Shown here in pieces: positions 44,709-53,788 of a DNA stretch of 64,000 nucleotides. The stretch's first letter is position 1. The number at the start of each line of letters is the position of its first letter. The notes beneath the pieces were generated by a model. It ran no database searches, was not told where the DNA came from, and saw only the letters and a list, made by a program, of their open reading frames with translations. Origin of the DNA: Pseudomonadota bacterium. GTDB lineage: Bacteria; Pseudomonadota; Alphaproteobacteria; Caulobacterales; Caulobacteraceae. The position numbers and the translations under genes are program-made. The stretch covers positions 7,182 through 71,181 of the forward strand of contig JAEWDF010000080.1 of assembly GCA_023390245.1 (NCBI GenBank), given 5' to 3'.

Positions 44709-45109
44709 TGGCCGACGCGCCGCTCCAGCCGCCTTCGGGACAGCCCGTCGGCCGGGTCATCGCCATGCCCGCCGACACCAATCCCGAGGGCGACATCTTC
44801 GGCGGCTGGCTGCTGGCGCAGATGGACGTGGCTGGGGCGACCCCGGCGTTCGAGGCGGCGCGCGGACGCTGCGCCACGGTGGCGCTGGACGGCATGGTCT
44901 TCCACCAGCCGGTCTCCGTGGGCGACGAGGTCAGCATCTACGCCGAGGTCATCGCCACCGGACGCACCTCGATCCGCGTCCATGTCGAGGCCTGGAAACG
45001 GTCGCGCAACGAGCCCCAGGCCGCCTCGGTGCGCGTCACCCAGGGCGTCTTCACCTATGTGGCCATCGACGAAGACCGCAAGCCGCGCGCCCTGCCGGGC
45101 CGGGAATAG
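44708..45109 (+). CDS. Acyl-CoA thioesterase (hotdog fold, YciA-like)
   Basis: IAMPADTNPEGDIFGGWLLAQMDVAG and VGDEVSIYAEV. The ATG overlaps the kpsD stop (TGATG). Confidence 0.85.
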   Translation: MADAPLQPPSGQPVGRVIAMPADTNPEGDIFGGWLLAQMDVAGATPAFEAARGRCATVALDGMVFHQPVSVGDEVSIYAEVIATGRTSIRVHVEAWKRSRNEPQAASVRVTQGVFTYVAIDEDRKPRALPGRE

Positions 45110-45177
45110 GCGCGGCATAACCGAGCGGCCCAGTGGGAAATCTTGACCCGGCCCCGGCGGGAGCCTACCTCCCGCCC

Positions 45178-45756
45178 ATGGCCATCCGTCGCATCCTCAC
45201 CATCGACAATCCCGCCGACCTGGCGGTCCTGAAGCAGGTCTCCAAGCCCGTGGCGGCGGTGGACGACTCCGTCCGCGCCCTGATGGACGACATGCTGGAG
45301 ACCATGTACGCCGCGCCCGGCATCGGCCTGGCCGCCGTGCAGGTGGGCGCCCTGGACCGCGTGATCGTCATGGACCTGGGCGACCGCGACGGGACCGTCT
45401 GCGAAACCGAGGAGGAAGACACGCCCGAGGCGGCCGAGGCGCGCCGCAATCCGCGCTTCTTCGCCAATCCGGAGATCCTGTGGTCCTCGGACGAGCTCTA
45501 CACCTACGAGGAGGGCTGCCTGTCGATCCCGGAGTATTTCGACAAGGTGGAACGTCCCGCGCGCGTCCGCATTCGGTACCTGAACCGTAACGGTGAACAG
45601 GTGGAGGAAGAGGCCGAGGGCCTCTACGCCGTCTGCATCCAGCACGAGATGGACCACCTGAACGGCGTGCTCTTCATCGACCACCTGTCGCGGCTGAAGC
45701 GCGAGCGCGCCGTGACCAAGGTCAAGAAGGCCGCCAAGGACAGGATCGCCGCCTGA
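45178..45756 (+). CDS. def: Peptide deformylase
   Basis: [18 protein letters not shown] and QHEMDHLNG are the three canonical motifs. Confidence 0.95.
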   Translation: MAIRRILTIDNPADLAVLKQVSKPVAAVDDSVRALMDDMLETMYAAPGIGLAAVQVGALDRVIVMDLGDRDGTVCETEEEDTPEAAEARRNPRFFANPEILWSSDELYTYEEGCLSIPEYFDKVERPARVRIRYLNRNGEQVEEEAEGLYAVCIQHEMDHLNGVLFIDHLSRLKRERAVTKVKKAAKDRIAA

Positions 45757-46037
45757 TGAGCCGCCTCTCCGACCTGCGACGCTCCGCCCGCCTCGCCCGC
45801 CCGGCCGCACCACGCCTCGCCCATCGGGGCACGTCGCTGGTCATCGATCCATCGGGCCGCCGCCGTCTGACGCGCAGCCAGAAGGTCGGCGTCGCCAGCG
45901 TGGCGACCCTGGCCGGCGTCGCCCTGCTGGGCGTGGTGGCGGGCCTGCTGCTGGACCGCCTGCTGGATTTCGACGACGCGCTGGACGCCGGCGGCGAATG
46001 GGACGAGGGCGGCGGCGTCTTCACCCGCTGGCAGTAG
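45756..46037 (+). CDS. Small hypothetical membrane protein (93 aa)
   Basis: The ATG overlaps the def stop (ATGA). It has one clear transmembrane segment (VGVASVATLAGVALLGVVAGLLL). It fills the def-fmt gap. Confidence 0.4.
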   Translation: MSRLSDLRRSARLARPAAPRLAHRGTSLVIDPSGRRRLTRSQKVGVASVATLAGVALLGVVAGLLLDRLLDFDDALDAGGEWDEGGGVFTRWQ

Positions 46038-46058
46038 GCGCGCTGAACCTCTAAAGGC

Positions 46059-46988
46059 GTGCCCATGCGCCTCGCCTTCATGGGTACCCCCGAATTCGCC
46101 GTTCCGTCGCTGGCCGAGCTGATCGCCTCGGGCCACGAGATCGTCGCCGTCTATTCCCAGCCGCCGCGTCCGAAGGGCCGGGGCCGGAAGCTGACGCCGT
46201 CGCCCGTCCACGCCTTCGCCGACAGCATGGGCCTGCCGGTCTTCACGCCGGACTCCATGAAGGCGGCCGAAGCGATCGAGATCTTCGAAAGCCTGGACCT
46301 GGACGCCGCCTGCGTCGTCGCCTACGGCCAGATCCTGAAGCCCGAGGTGCTGGCCGCGCCGCGCCTGGGCTGTTTCAACCTTCACGGCTCGCTGCTGCCG
46401 CGCTGGCGGGGCGCCGCGCCGATCCAGCGGGCGATCATGGCCGGCGACGCCCGGACCGGCGTGCAGATCATGCGGATGAGCGAAGGGCTGGACGAGGGGC
46501 CGATCCTGCTCAGCGAAATCATGGACATCCGCGCCGACGACACCGCCGGCAGCCTGTCGGAGCGCATGGCCCATGTCGGCGCGGCCCTCTGGTCCCGCGC
46601 CTTGGCGGCGATCGAACGCGGCGCCGCGACCGAGACAACGCAGACGGGCGAACCGACCTACGCCAGGAAGATCACCCCCGCCGAGGCCCGCATCGACTGG
46701 ACCCGCCCGGCCGTCGAGGTCGACGCCCATATCCGCGGCCTCTCGCCCTTTCCCGGCGCCTGGTTCGAGGCGCCGTCGGACCAGGGGCCCGTCCGCATCA
46801 AGGCGCTGCTGTCGGCCGTGGCCGACGGCGCCGGCGCGCCGGGAACGGTGCTGGACGGCGACCTGACGGTCGCCTGCGGCGCGGGCGCGGTGCGCCTGGT
46901 CCGCGTCCAACGCGAAGGCCGGGCGGCGCAATCGGCCGAGGAGATGCTGCGCGGCTTTCCCCTGCCGGCGGGGACGGTGCTCGGCTGA
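46059..46988 (+). CDS. fmt: Methionyl-tRNA formyltransferase
   Basis: [35 protein letters not shown], and the position next to def. Confidence 0.95.
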   Translation: MPMRLAFMGTPEFAVPSLAELIASGHEIVAVYSQPPRPKGRGRKLTPSPVHAFADSMGLPVFTPDSMKAAEAIEIFESLDLDAACVVAYGQILKPEVLAAPRLGCFNLHGSLLPRWRGAAPIQRAIMAGDARTGVQIMRMSEGLDEGPILLSEIMDIRADDTAGSLSERMAHVGAALWSRALAAIERGAATETTQTGEPTYARKITPAEARIDWTRPAVEVDAHIRGLSPFPGAWFEAPSDQGPVRIKALLSAVADGAGAPGTVLDGDLTVACGAGAVRLVRVQREGRAAQSAEEMLRGFPLPAGTVLG

Positions 46989-47731
46989 TGCCGCGCTACA
47001 AGCTGACCATCGAATACGACGGCACGGCCTACAACGGCTTCCAGGCCCAGGACGGCCAGCCGACGGTGCAGGGCGCGCTGGAGACGGCCGTCCACGCCTT
47101 TTCGGGCGAGCGCATCCGCATCGCCGCCGCCGGCCGCACCGACACCGGCGTCCATGCGCTGGAACAGGTGATCCACGCCGACCTGGAGCGCGCCTGGCCC
47201 GAGACCACCATCCTCAACGCCATGAACGCCCATCTGGTGAACGAGGATGTCTGCGTCCTGTCGGTCGAGCCCGCGCCCGATCCCGACTGGCACGCGCGTT
47301 TCTCCGCCACCGGCCGGGCGTATCTCTACCGCATCCTGAACCGTCGGCCCCAGCCGGTGCTGGAGCGCGACCGCGTCTGGCACATCAAGAAGCCGCTGGA
47401 CGCCGAGGCCATGCATCAGGCCGCCCAAGTCCTGGTCGGGCATCACGACTTCACCACCTTCCGCGACGTGGGCTGCCAGTCGAAATCGCCGGTGAAGACG
47501 CTGGACGTCGCCCGTGTGACGCGCTTCGGCGAGGAGGTGCATCTGGTGTTCCAAGCGCGCAGCTTCCTGCACCGCCAGGTCCGCTCGATGGCCGGCACCC
47601 TGGTCGAAGTCGGTCTGGGCCGCTGGAGCGCGCACGACGTGAAGCGCGCGCTGGAGGCGAAGGACCGCGCCGCCTGCGGTCCGGTCGCGCCGTCGGCGGG
47701 GCTCTATCTTTCGGGCGTCCGTTACGACTGA
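46988..47731 (+). CDS. truA: tRNA pseudouridine(38-40) synthase
   Basis: RYKLTIEYDGTAYNGFQ, AGRTDTGVHA, GHHDFTTF, SFLHRQVRSM. Confidence 0.95.
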   Translation: MPRYKLTIEYDGTAYNGFQAQDGQPTVQGALETAVHAFSGERIRIAAAGRTDTGVHALEQVIHADLERAWPETTILNAMNAHLVNEDVCVLSVEPAPDPDWHARFSATGRAYLYRILNRRPQPVLERDRVWHIKKPLDAEAMHQAAQVLVGHHDFTTFRDVGCQSKSPVKTLDVARVTRFGEEVHLVFQARSFLHRQVRSMAGTLVEVGLGRWSAHDVKRALEAKDRAACGPVAPSAGLYLSGVRYD

Positions 47732-47737
47732 AAACGG

Positions 47738-47760
47738 TCCTCCCCCTGAACGGGGGAGGA
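47738..47760. terminator. GC-rich hairpin TCCTCCCCC-TGAAC-GGGGGAGGA between the convergent truA and fabB genes
   Basis: The stem is a perfect 9 bp. It has AAAA on the left and TTT on the right, which fits a bidirectional intrinsic terminator. Confidence 0.6.
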
Positions 47761-47768
47761 TTTCACGA

Positions 47769-48986
47769 TCAGACCTTCGACAGGATCAGCGTTCCGTTAG
47801 TGCCGCCGAAGCCGAAGCTATTCGACATCACCGTGGTCAGTTCGCCGTCCTTGCGCTCGCGCAGGATCGGCATCCCTTCGAAGGCCGGGTCCAGGGTCTC
47901 GATGTGGGCGCTCTCGGCCGCGAAGCCGTCCTGCATCATCAGCAGGCAGTAGATCGCCTCCTGCGCGCCCGCAGCGCCCAGGCTGTGGCCCGTCAGCGAC
48001 TTGGTCGAGGAGATCATCGGCATGTCGTCGCCGAACACCGCGCGCACCGCCTCCATCTCCTTGGCGTCGCCGACCGGCGTCGAGGTGCCGTGCGGGTTCA
48101 GATAGTCGATCTTGCGGCCGCCGGCCTGTTCCAGCGCGATCTTCATGCAGCGCTGGGCGCCCTCGCCGGACGGGGCCACCATGTCGTAGCCGTCGGCGTT
48201 GGCGCCATAGCCGACCACCTCGGCGATGATGTTGGCGCCGCGCGCCCTGGCCCGCTCGTATTCCTCCAGCACCACCATGCCGGCGCCGCCGGCGATGACG
48301 AAGCCGTCGCGGTCCTTGTCATAGGCGCGCGAAGCGACCGAGGGCGTGTCGTTGAAGTTGGACGACATGGCGCCCATGGCGTCGAACATGTTGGACATGG
48401 ACCAGTCGATGTCCTCGCAGCCGCCGGCGAAGACCACGTCCTGCTTGCCCCACTGGATCTGCTCGGCCGCCGCCCCGATGCAGTGGGCGGACGTCGCGCA
48501 GGCCGAGCTGATCGAATAGTTGACGCCGCGCATCTGGAACCAGGTCGACAGCACCGCCGAGGGACCGCTGGCCATGGCCTTGGGCACGGCGAAGGGGCCC
48601 ACGCGCTTGGGCGAGCCCTTCTCCATCGTGGTCTGGGCCGCCTGCAGGATGACCTGGGTCGAGGGACCGCCCTCGCCCACGATCAGGCCGATGCGGTCGT
48701 CGCGGATCTCCTCGGCCGTCATGCCGGAGGATTTCAGCGCCTCCTCGAAGGCGATGTGGGCCCAGGCCGTGCCATTGGCCAGAAAGCGCGCGGCGCGCCG
48801 ATCGACCAGTTCCTCCCACGGGCCGATCCGGGGCGGCGCCCAGACCTGGCTGCGGAAGCCGTACTTGGCGTGGTCAGGGGCGTGGACGACGCCCGAGCGG
48901 GCCTCACGCAGGGATTGGGTCACTTCCTCGGCGCCGTGGCCGATGGAGGAGACGACGCCAAGGCCAGTGACGACGACGCGACGCAT
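47769..48986 (-). CDS. fabB: 3-oxoacyl-ACP synthase I
   Basis: [15 protein letters not shown], the active-site [15 protein letters not shown] and [10 protein letters not shown]. It lies directly downstream of fabA. Confidence 0.9.
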   Translation of the reverse strand: MRRVVVTGLGVVSSIGHGAEEVTQSLREARSGVVHAPDHAKYGFRSQVWAPPRIGPWEELVDRRAARFLANGTAWAHIAFEEALKSSGMTAEEIRDDRIGLIVGEGGPSTQVILQAAQTTMEKGSPKRVGPFAVPKAMASGPSAVLSTWFQMRGVNYSISSACATSAHCIGAAAEQIQWGKQDVVFAGGCEDIDWSMSNMFDAMGAMSSNFNDTPSVASRAYDKDRDGFVIAGGAGMVVLEEYERARARGANIIAEVVGYGANADGYDMVAPSGEGAQRCMKIALEQAGGRKIDYLNPHGTSTPVGDAKEMEAVRAVFGDDMPMISSTKSLTGHSLGAAGAQEAIYCLLMMQDGFAAESAHIETLDPAFEGMPILRERKDGELTTVMSNSFGFGGTNGTLILSKV

Positions 48987-49055
48987 GGATGATCCTTCTT
49001 TCCTCTGCGGCTCCTCCGGAGCCGGCCGCTGGAACTGCGGCTCTATATAGGGGCT

Positions 49056-49589
49056 TCAGCCGCCGGCCGCTTCGTCCTTGGCCCCGAACAGGCCGACCCG
49101 CATGTCGTTGCAGGTGTAGATCACCTGGCCGTCAGCCTCCAGCACGCCGTCGGCGATGCCCATGACCAGCTTGCGGTTGATGACCCGCTTCAGGTCGATC
49201 TTGTAGACGACCTTCTTGACGTCGGGCGTCACCTGGCCGGTGAACTTCACGTCGCCGACGCCCAGGGCGCGGCCGCGTCCCGGCCCGCCGATCCAGCCCA
49301 GGTAGAAGCCGACCAGCTGCCACATGGCGTCCAGGCCCAGGCAGCCCGGCATCACCGGGTCGCCGATGAAGTGGCACTGGAAGAACCAGAGGTCCGGATG
49401 GATGTCGAGTTCCGCCTCGACATAGCCCTTGCCGTGGGCGCCGCCGTCCGCGTTGATCTGGGTGATGCGGTCGAACATCAGCATCGGCGGGGCCGGCAGT
49501 TGGGCGTTGCCGGGTCCGAACAGCTCGCCGCGCCCGGAGGCGAGCAGGGCCTCGTGATCGAAGGACGAGGGATATTTCGACTGGGTCAA
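49056..49589 (-). CDS. fabA: 3-hydroxydecanoyl-ACP dehydratase/isomerase
   Basis: [36 protein letters not shown]. Confidence 0.93.
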   Translation of the reverse strand: MTQSKYPSSFDHEALLASGRGELFGPGNAQLPAPPMLMFDRITQINADGGAHGKGYVEAELDIHPDLWFFQCHFIGDPVMPGCLGLDAMWQLVGFYLGWIGGPGRGRALGVGDVKFTGQVTPDVKKVVYKIDLKRVINRKLVMGIADGVLEADGQVIYTCNDMRVGLFGAKDEAAGG

Positions 49590-49657
49590 GGCGGTTCCGT
49601 TCCGTCAGCTGTCGCGGCCGGGTTACACGAGCCCGCCGCTTCGCTCAACAGAGAGGC

Positions 49658-50221
49658 TTATCCGACGCGTCCGGTTCCGGCCGGCCTGTTGGCGTTGCAC
49701 AGGGCCCTTTGCTGCGCGCCGAACAGGGCCCGCTGAGGAACCCAGCCGCGCAGACGACGCGCCCGCACCTCGCACCAGCCGTCCTCGCACGCCTCCAGGA
49801 CGATGATGGAGCGGGGCTGAAGCCGCGCCCGCACGGCCGAGGCCTCGGCCCTGCCCGCGCGGATCATCACCTCCTGACCCGAGGCGTTGAAGCCGTAGCG
49901 GCGGCCCGAGGCGACGGTGCGGTGGATCCAGGCCACGGCGCCGTCCGGATCGCAGACCTTGCGCCACTCGCTGGTCTCGGCGATCACCTGCACCGGCAGG
50001 CCGGCGGCGTGATATTCCCACAGGATCGGATAATCGAGGCCCGGTCCCTGGCGCGCCCGCACATGCGACGACTTCAGCGATATCCAGCGCGGCACGTCCA
50101 GCCCGGTCGGCGTGGGCCGCCCGTCGGGCATGGCCTGGGCGGCGGCCGCCATCAGGGCCAGCGCCAGGACGCCCGCGACGCGGCCGGACCTTTTGAAGAT
50201 GAAGCCGCCTTTGCTAGACAC
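49658..50221 (-). CDS. Secreted SH3-like (bacterial SH3/DUF1058-type) domain protein
   Basis: Within track ORF 49658-50767 I chose the GTG start before the signal peptide (RVAGVLALALMAAAAQA). The motifs are PRWISLKSSHVRARQGPGLDYPILWEY...WRKVCDPDGAVAWI and GWCEV. Confidence 0.65.
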   Translation of the reverse strand: MSSKGGFIFKRSGRVAGVLALALMAAAAQAMPDGRPTPTGLDVPRWISLKSSHVRARQGPGLDYPILWEYHAAGLPVQVIAETSEWRKVCDPDGAVAWIHRTVASGRRYGFNASGQEVMIRAGRAEASAVRARLQPRSIIVLEACEDGWCEVRARRLRGWVPQRALFGAQQRALCNANRPAGTGRVG

Positions 50222-50285
50222 CGATTGACCCGTCGCGCGCGGGCTCCGATCCCTCTGTATCGCCGCCCGAAATCCAAGGTCCCGA

Positions 50286-51272
50286 ATGTCCGCCCGCAAG
50301 CTTAAGGTCGTATTAACCAGACGCCTGCCCGACGCCGTCGAGACGCGGATGCGCGAGCTCTTCGACGCCGAGCTGAACCTGACCGACACGCCGATGGACC
50401 GGGCGGCCCTGGAGGCGGCCGTCCGGCGCGCCGATGTCCTGGTCCCCACCATCACCGACGCCGTCGACGCCGACCTGGTCGCGGCCGCCGGCGAACAGCT
50501 GAAGATGATCGCCAACTTCGGCGCCGGCGTGGACCATATCGACATCGAGGCCGCCGTCGGGCGCGGGATCATCGTCACCAACACCCCCGGCGTGCTGACC
50601 GAGGACACCGCCGACCTGGCCATGGCCCTGATCCTGGCCGTCAGCCGGCGCATGGTCGAAGGCGCCCAGGTGGTGGCCGAGGGCCGGTTCGAGGGCTGGG
50701 CCCCGACCTGGATGTGCGGCCGCAAGCTGTGGGGCAAGCGGCTGGGGATCGTCGGCATGGGCCGCATCGGCCAGGCCCTGGCCCGCCGCGCCCGGGCCTT
50801 CGGCCTGCAGGTCCACTATCACAACCGCAAGCCCGTCCCGGCCCTGGTCGAGGAGGAGCTCGGCGCCACCTACTGGGACGACCTGGACCAGATGCTGTCG
50901 CGCATGGACCTGATCTCGCTGAACTGTCCGGCGACGCGGGAGACGCACCATCTGATGGACGCGACGCGCCTGGCCCGGCTCCAGCCGCACGCCATCCTGG
51001 TCAACACCGCGCGCGGCGAACTGATCGACGAAGCGGCCCTGGCCCGGGCGGTCGAGCGGCGCGCCATCGCCGGCGCCGGCCTGGACGTGTTCGAGCAGGA
51101 GCCGGCCATCCACCCCGGCCTGCTGGGCCATCCCAATGTCGTCCTCCTGCCCCACCTCGGCTCCGCCACCCTGGAGGCGCGCCAGGACATGGGCGACCGC
51201 GTCATCGCCAACATCCTGACCTTCCAGAACGGCCACCGCCCGCCCGACCGGGTCATCCCGGCGATGCTCTAA
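50286..51272 (+). CDS. D-isomer-specific 2-hydroxyacid dehydrogenase (glyoxylate/hydroxypyruvate reductase-like)
   Basis: LGIVGMGRIGQALARRA, NTARGELIDE, LDVFEQEP, LPHLGSAT. Confidence 0.9.
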   Translation: MSARKLKVVLTRRLPDAVETRMRELFDAELNLTDTPMDRAALEAAVRRADVLVPTITDAVDADLVAAAGEQLKMIANFGAGVDHIDIEAAVGRGIIVTNTPGVLTEDTADLAMALILAVSRRMVEGAQVVAEGRFEGWAPTWMCGRKLWGKRLGIVGMGRIGQALARRARAFGLQVHYHNRKPVPALVEEELGATYWDDLDQMLSRMDLISLNCPATRETHHLMDATRLARLQPHAILVNTARGELIDEAALARAVERRAIAGAGLDVFEQEPAIHPGLLGHPNVVLLPHLGSATLEARQDMGDRVIANILTFQNGHRPPDRVIPAML

Positions 51273-52012
51273 CCGCAGACCGGACAGTCCGGGTCCGCGG
51301 CGACGGCCACCGTGCGCGCCCGGCCGTTCAACCCGTCGTAGATCAGCAATCGGCCCTCCAGCGGCGCGCCCGCGCCCGTGATGACCTTGATCGCCTCCAG
51401 CGCGGCCATCGATCCGATCACACCGGCCAGGGCGCCCACCACGCCCACGCGGGCGCAGGTCTCCGGATCGGTCGGCGCGTCCGGGACCAGGCAGCGATAG
51501 CACGGCCGGCCGGTGAACACGCCGACCTGCCCCCCCCAGCGCCCCAGGGCGCCCGACACCAGGGGCCGGCCGGCCGCGACGCAGGCGGCGGCGACCGCAT
51601 GGCGCGTGGCGAAGTCGTCGGTCCCGTCCAGCACCAGGTCGAAGGCCGAAACGCGGGCCACGGCGTTCTCCGGCGTGATCCGCTCGGCGAACGGCTCGAC
51701 CGCGACATGCGGGTTGAGCGCCGCCAGCCGCGCCGCGGCGGCCTTGACCTTGGCCCGGCCGATGTCGGCGGTATCGAACAGGACCTGACGCTGCAGGTTG
51801 GACAGGGCGACGACGTCGTCATCGACCAGACCCAGCGTCCCGACGCCCGCCGCCGCCAGGTACAGCGCCGCCGGCGCCCCGACGCCCCCGGCGCCGACGA
51901 TCAGCACGCGCGCCCGCTTCAGCGCCTGCTGCCCCGGCCCGCCGATCTCGGACAGGACCAGGTGCCGCGCATAGCGTTCGACTTCGTCTTCGGTGAAGGA
52001 CATGCCCCTCAT
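51269..52012 (-). CDS. moeB: ThiF/MoeB-family adenylyltransferase (molybdopterin-synthase adenylyltransferase-like)
   Basis: RYARHLVLSEIGGPGQQAL, VGAGGVGAPAALYLAAAGVG, CYRCL...CPVCG. Confidence 0.85.
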   Translation of the reverse strand: MRGMSFTEDEVERYARHLVLSEIGGPGQQALKRARVLIVGAGGVGAPAALYLAAAGVGTLGLVDDDVVALSNLQRQVLFDTADIGRAKVKAAAARLAALNPHVAVEPFAERITPENAVARVSAFDLVLDGTDDFATRHAVAAACVAAGRPLVSGALGRWGGQVGVFTGRPCYRCLVPDAPTDPETCARVGVVGALAGVIGSMAALEAIKVITGAGAPLEGRLLIYDGLNGRARTVAVAADPDCPVCG

Positions 52013-52047
52013 CTAGCGACGCCGGACCGGCGGCGCGAGGGCGCCAG

Positions 52048-52485
52048 TCAGGGCGCGACGGCCATGGAGCGCCCGGCGTCGACCAGCAGCCGCTCCGCGC
52101 GTCCCCCCGCGCCCGCGTCGTTCAGGCCGTCGGCCAGGAAGGCCTCGATGTCCCGCGTCGCCTCCAGGCGCGCCATCGCCCAGTCCGGAAACAGCCGCGC
52201 CTCCACCGGCCGATCGGCCAGGATGCGCAGGTTGCGGTGGCGGCGATCCGCCGCCAGGCGCGCCATCAGCCGATCCACGTCGACCCGCGCGCCCTCGACG
52301 ACCTGGAGGAAACGGCCGCCATGGCGCAGCAGCACGCCGGTCAGGTGATCGCGCCGATTGTTCCGGTCCGATACGCCGATGATGTCGATGAGCGGCATGA
52401 GCCCGTCCGCCGCGGCGCCCTCGGCGTCGCTGACATACACGATGCGAAACAGACTCATGGGAACTCTTGCACTGGGGAAACTCAC
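52048..52485 (-). CDS. Short BLUF-domain blue-light photoreceptor protein (canonical residues present)
   Basis: LFRIVYVS carries the Tyr, RNN the Asn, FLQVVEG the Gln. DRRH and DWAM (Trp/Met) are also present. The real start is probably the second Met (MSLFRIVY, ~52458). Confidence 0.85.
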   Translation of the reverse strand: MSFPSARVPMSLFRIVYVSDAEGAAADGLMPLIDIIGVSDRNNRRDHLTGVLLRHGGRFLQVVEGARVDVDRLMARLAADRRHRNLRILADRPVEARLFPDWAMARLEATRDIEAFLADGLNDAGAGGRAERLLVDAGRSMAVAP

Positions 52486-52564
52486 TGAACCCTCGGTGAG
52501 GGATAGCCCGCCCTAGCAGGTTCGCGGTTAACAGAAGCCTTTGCCGGTTTTCCGGGGGCCGCCG

Positions 52565-52966
52565 TCAGGCCGCGTGTCGCGGCGCCTCGGCGCCCAGGAT
52601 CCTCTCCAGCGTCTCGACCGGGATGTCGCTCAGCCGCCGGCCCCTCAGGGGGGTGTCGGCCGCCCCGCCGGGAACGACGCACAGCCGCGCCGGCTCCGTC
52701 AGGCGGCGCTGGGCCACCGGCCGGTCGGACAGGATCCGCAGGCCGGCGCGGCGCGGGTCCGACTTCAACCGCCCGATCAGCCGGTCCAGGTCGACGCGCG
52801 CGCCCTCGACCATCTGCACCGCCTCTCCCTCGTGGATCAGCAGGGCGGCGGTGATCTCGTCGCGGCGGTTGTTGTGGTGGGCCGCGCCCAGGATTTCCGC
52901 GATCGCGGACATTGTCTGACCGGCGCCATCGATGATTTCACTCAGGATTACCGCTCGGTACAGCAA
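52565..52966 (-). CDS. BLUF-like paralogue lacking the photoactive Tyr and the Trp/Met
   Basis: It is clearly paralogous to 52048-52485 (HNNRRDEITAALL, VQMVEGARVDLDRLIGRL, LRILSDRPV). However it reads LYRAVILS (Ile at the Tyr position), DPRR instead of DRRH, and has no W-x-M. Confidence 0.75.
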   Translation of the reverse strand: MLYRAVILSEIIDGAGQTMSAIAEILGAAHHNNRRDEITAALLIHEGEAVQMVEGARVDLDRLIGRLKSDPRRAGLRILSDRPVAQRRLTEPARLCVVPGGAADTPLRGRRLSDIPVETLERILGAEAPRHAA

Positions 52967-53062
52967 TTTTCTTTCCAGTGAGACCGTTTACATAGGCTTT
53001 TAACTACGCCATTTAACGATAACAATGGTATAAATATGACTTCCGACGACGCGAGGTCGACG

Positions 53063-53093
53063 CCCTTGATGCGCCTTCCTCCCCGGGCCATCT
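53063..53093 (+). promoter_or_regulatory. Candidate sigma32-type heat-shock promoter upstream of hslV
   Basis: CCCTTGAT (-35-like; consensus CCCTTGAA), then 16 nt, then GCCATCT (resembles CCCATnT), ending 8 nt before the hslV ATG. This is a hand match only. Confidence 0.3.
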
Positions 53094-53100
53094 GGGCGGG

Positions 53101-53673
53101 ATGACCCAGAACCCGACATCCCAGGCCTCCGCCTTTCCCGGCTGGCATGGCACCACCATCCTGGCGGTGCGCCGGAACGGCCGCACCGTCATCGCCGGCG
53201 ACGGCCAGGTCTCTATGGGGCCGACCATCGTCAAGGGCGCGGCGCGCAAGGTGCGCACCCTGGCCGGAGGCAAGGTGCTGGCCGGCTTCGCCGGCGCCAC
53301 GGCCGACGCCTTCACCCTGATCGAGCGCCTGGAGGCCAAGCTGGAGCAGTATCCCGACCAGCTGGCGCGCGCCTGCGTCGACCTGGCCAAGGACTGGCGC
53401 ACCGACCGCTACCTGCGCCGGCTGGAGGCCATGCTGCTGGTGGCGGACAAGGCGTCGATCTTCACCGTCACCGGTGTCGGCGACGTGCTGGAGCCGGAAC
53501 ACGGCGTCGCCGCCGTCGGCTCGGGCGGCAACTTCGCCCTGTCGGCCGCCCGCGCCCTGATCGAGGAGACCGACCTGGACGCCGAACAGATCGCCCGCAA
53601 GGCCATGAAGATCGCCGCCGACGTCTGCGTCTACACCAACGGCAACCTGACGGTGGAGACGCTTGAAGTTTAA
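53101..53673 (+). CDS. hslV: ATP-dependent protease subunit HslV
   Basis: [12 protein letters not shown] has the N-terminal Thr after processing. [21 protein letters not shown] and [14 protein letters not shown] are also present. Confidence 0.95.
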   Translation: MTQNPTSQASAFPGWHGTTILAVRRNGRTVIAGDGQVSMGPTIVKGAARKVRTLAGGKVLAGFAGATADAFTLIERLEAKLEQYPDQLARACVDLAKDWRTDRYLRRLEAMLLVADKASIFTVTGVGDVLEPEHGVAAVGSGGNFALSAARALIEETDLDAEQIARKAMKIAADVCVYTNGNLTVETLEV

Positions 53674-53788
53674 GCCTTGCTGCGGCGGGCGTCCCGCGCC
53701 GCCGCTGGGATGGTCTGAGTCGTATGGAGGCTCATCAGCGTCTAGGCTGGAGGAGGCGTCGGCGGGCGCATGAAGATCGGGGAGCGCC

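Noticed and set aside
45624-46931. A 435-aa minus-strand ORF
   Set aside because: It is antisense to def, the small ORF and fmt. It has no motifs.
50313-52348. ORFs 50313-51503 (minus strand) and 50714-52348 (plus strand)
   Set aside because: They are antisense to or out of frame with the 2-hydroxyacid dehydrogenase, moeB and BLUF genes, and their composition is low-complexity.
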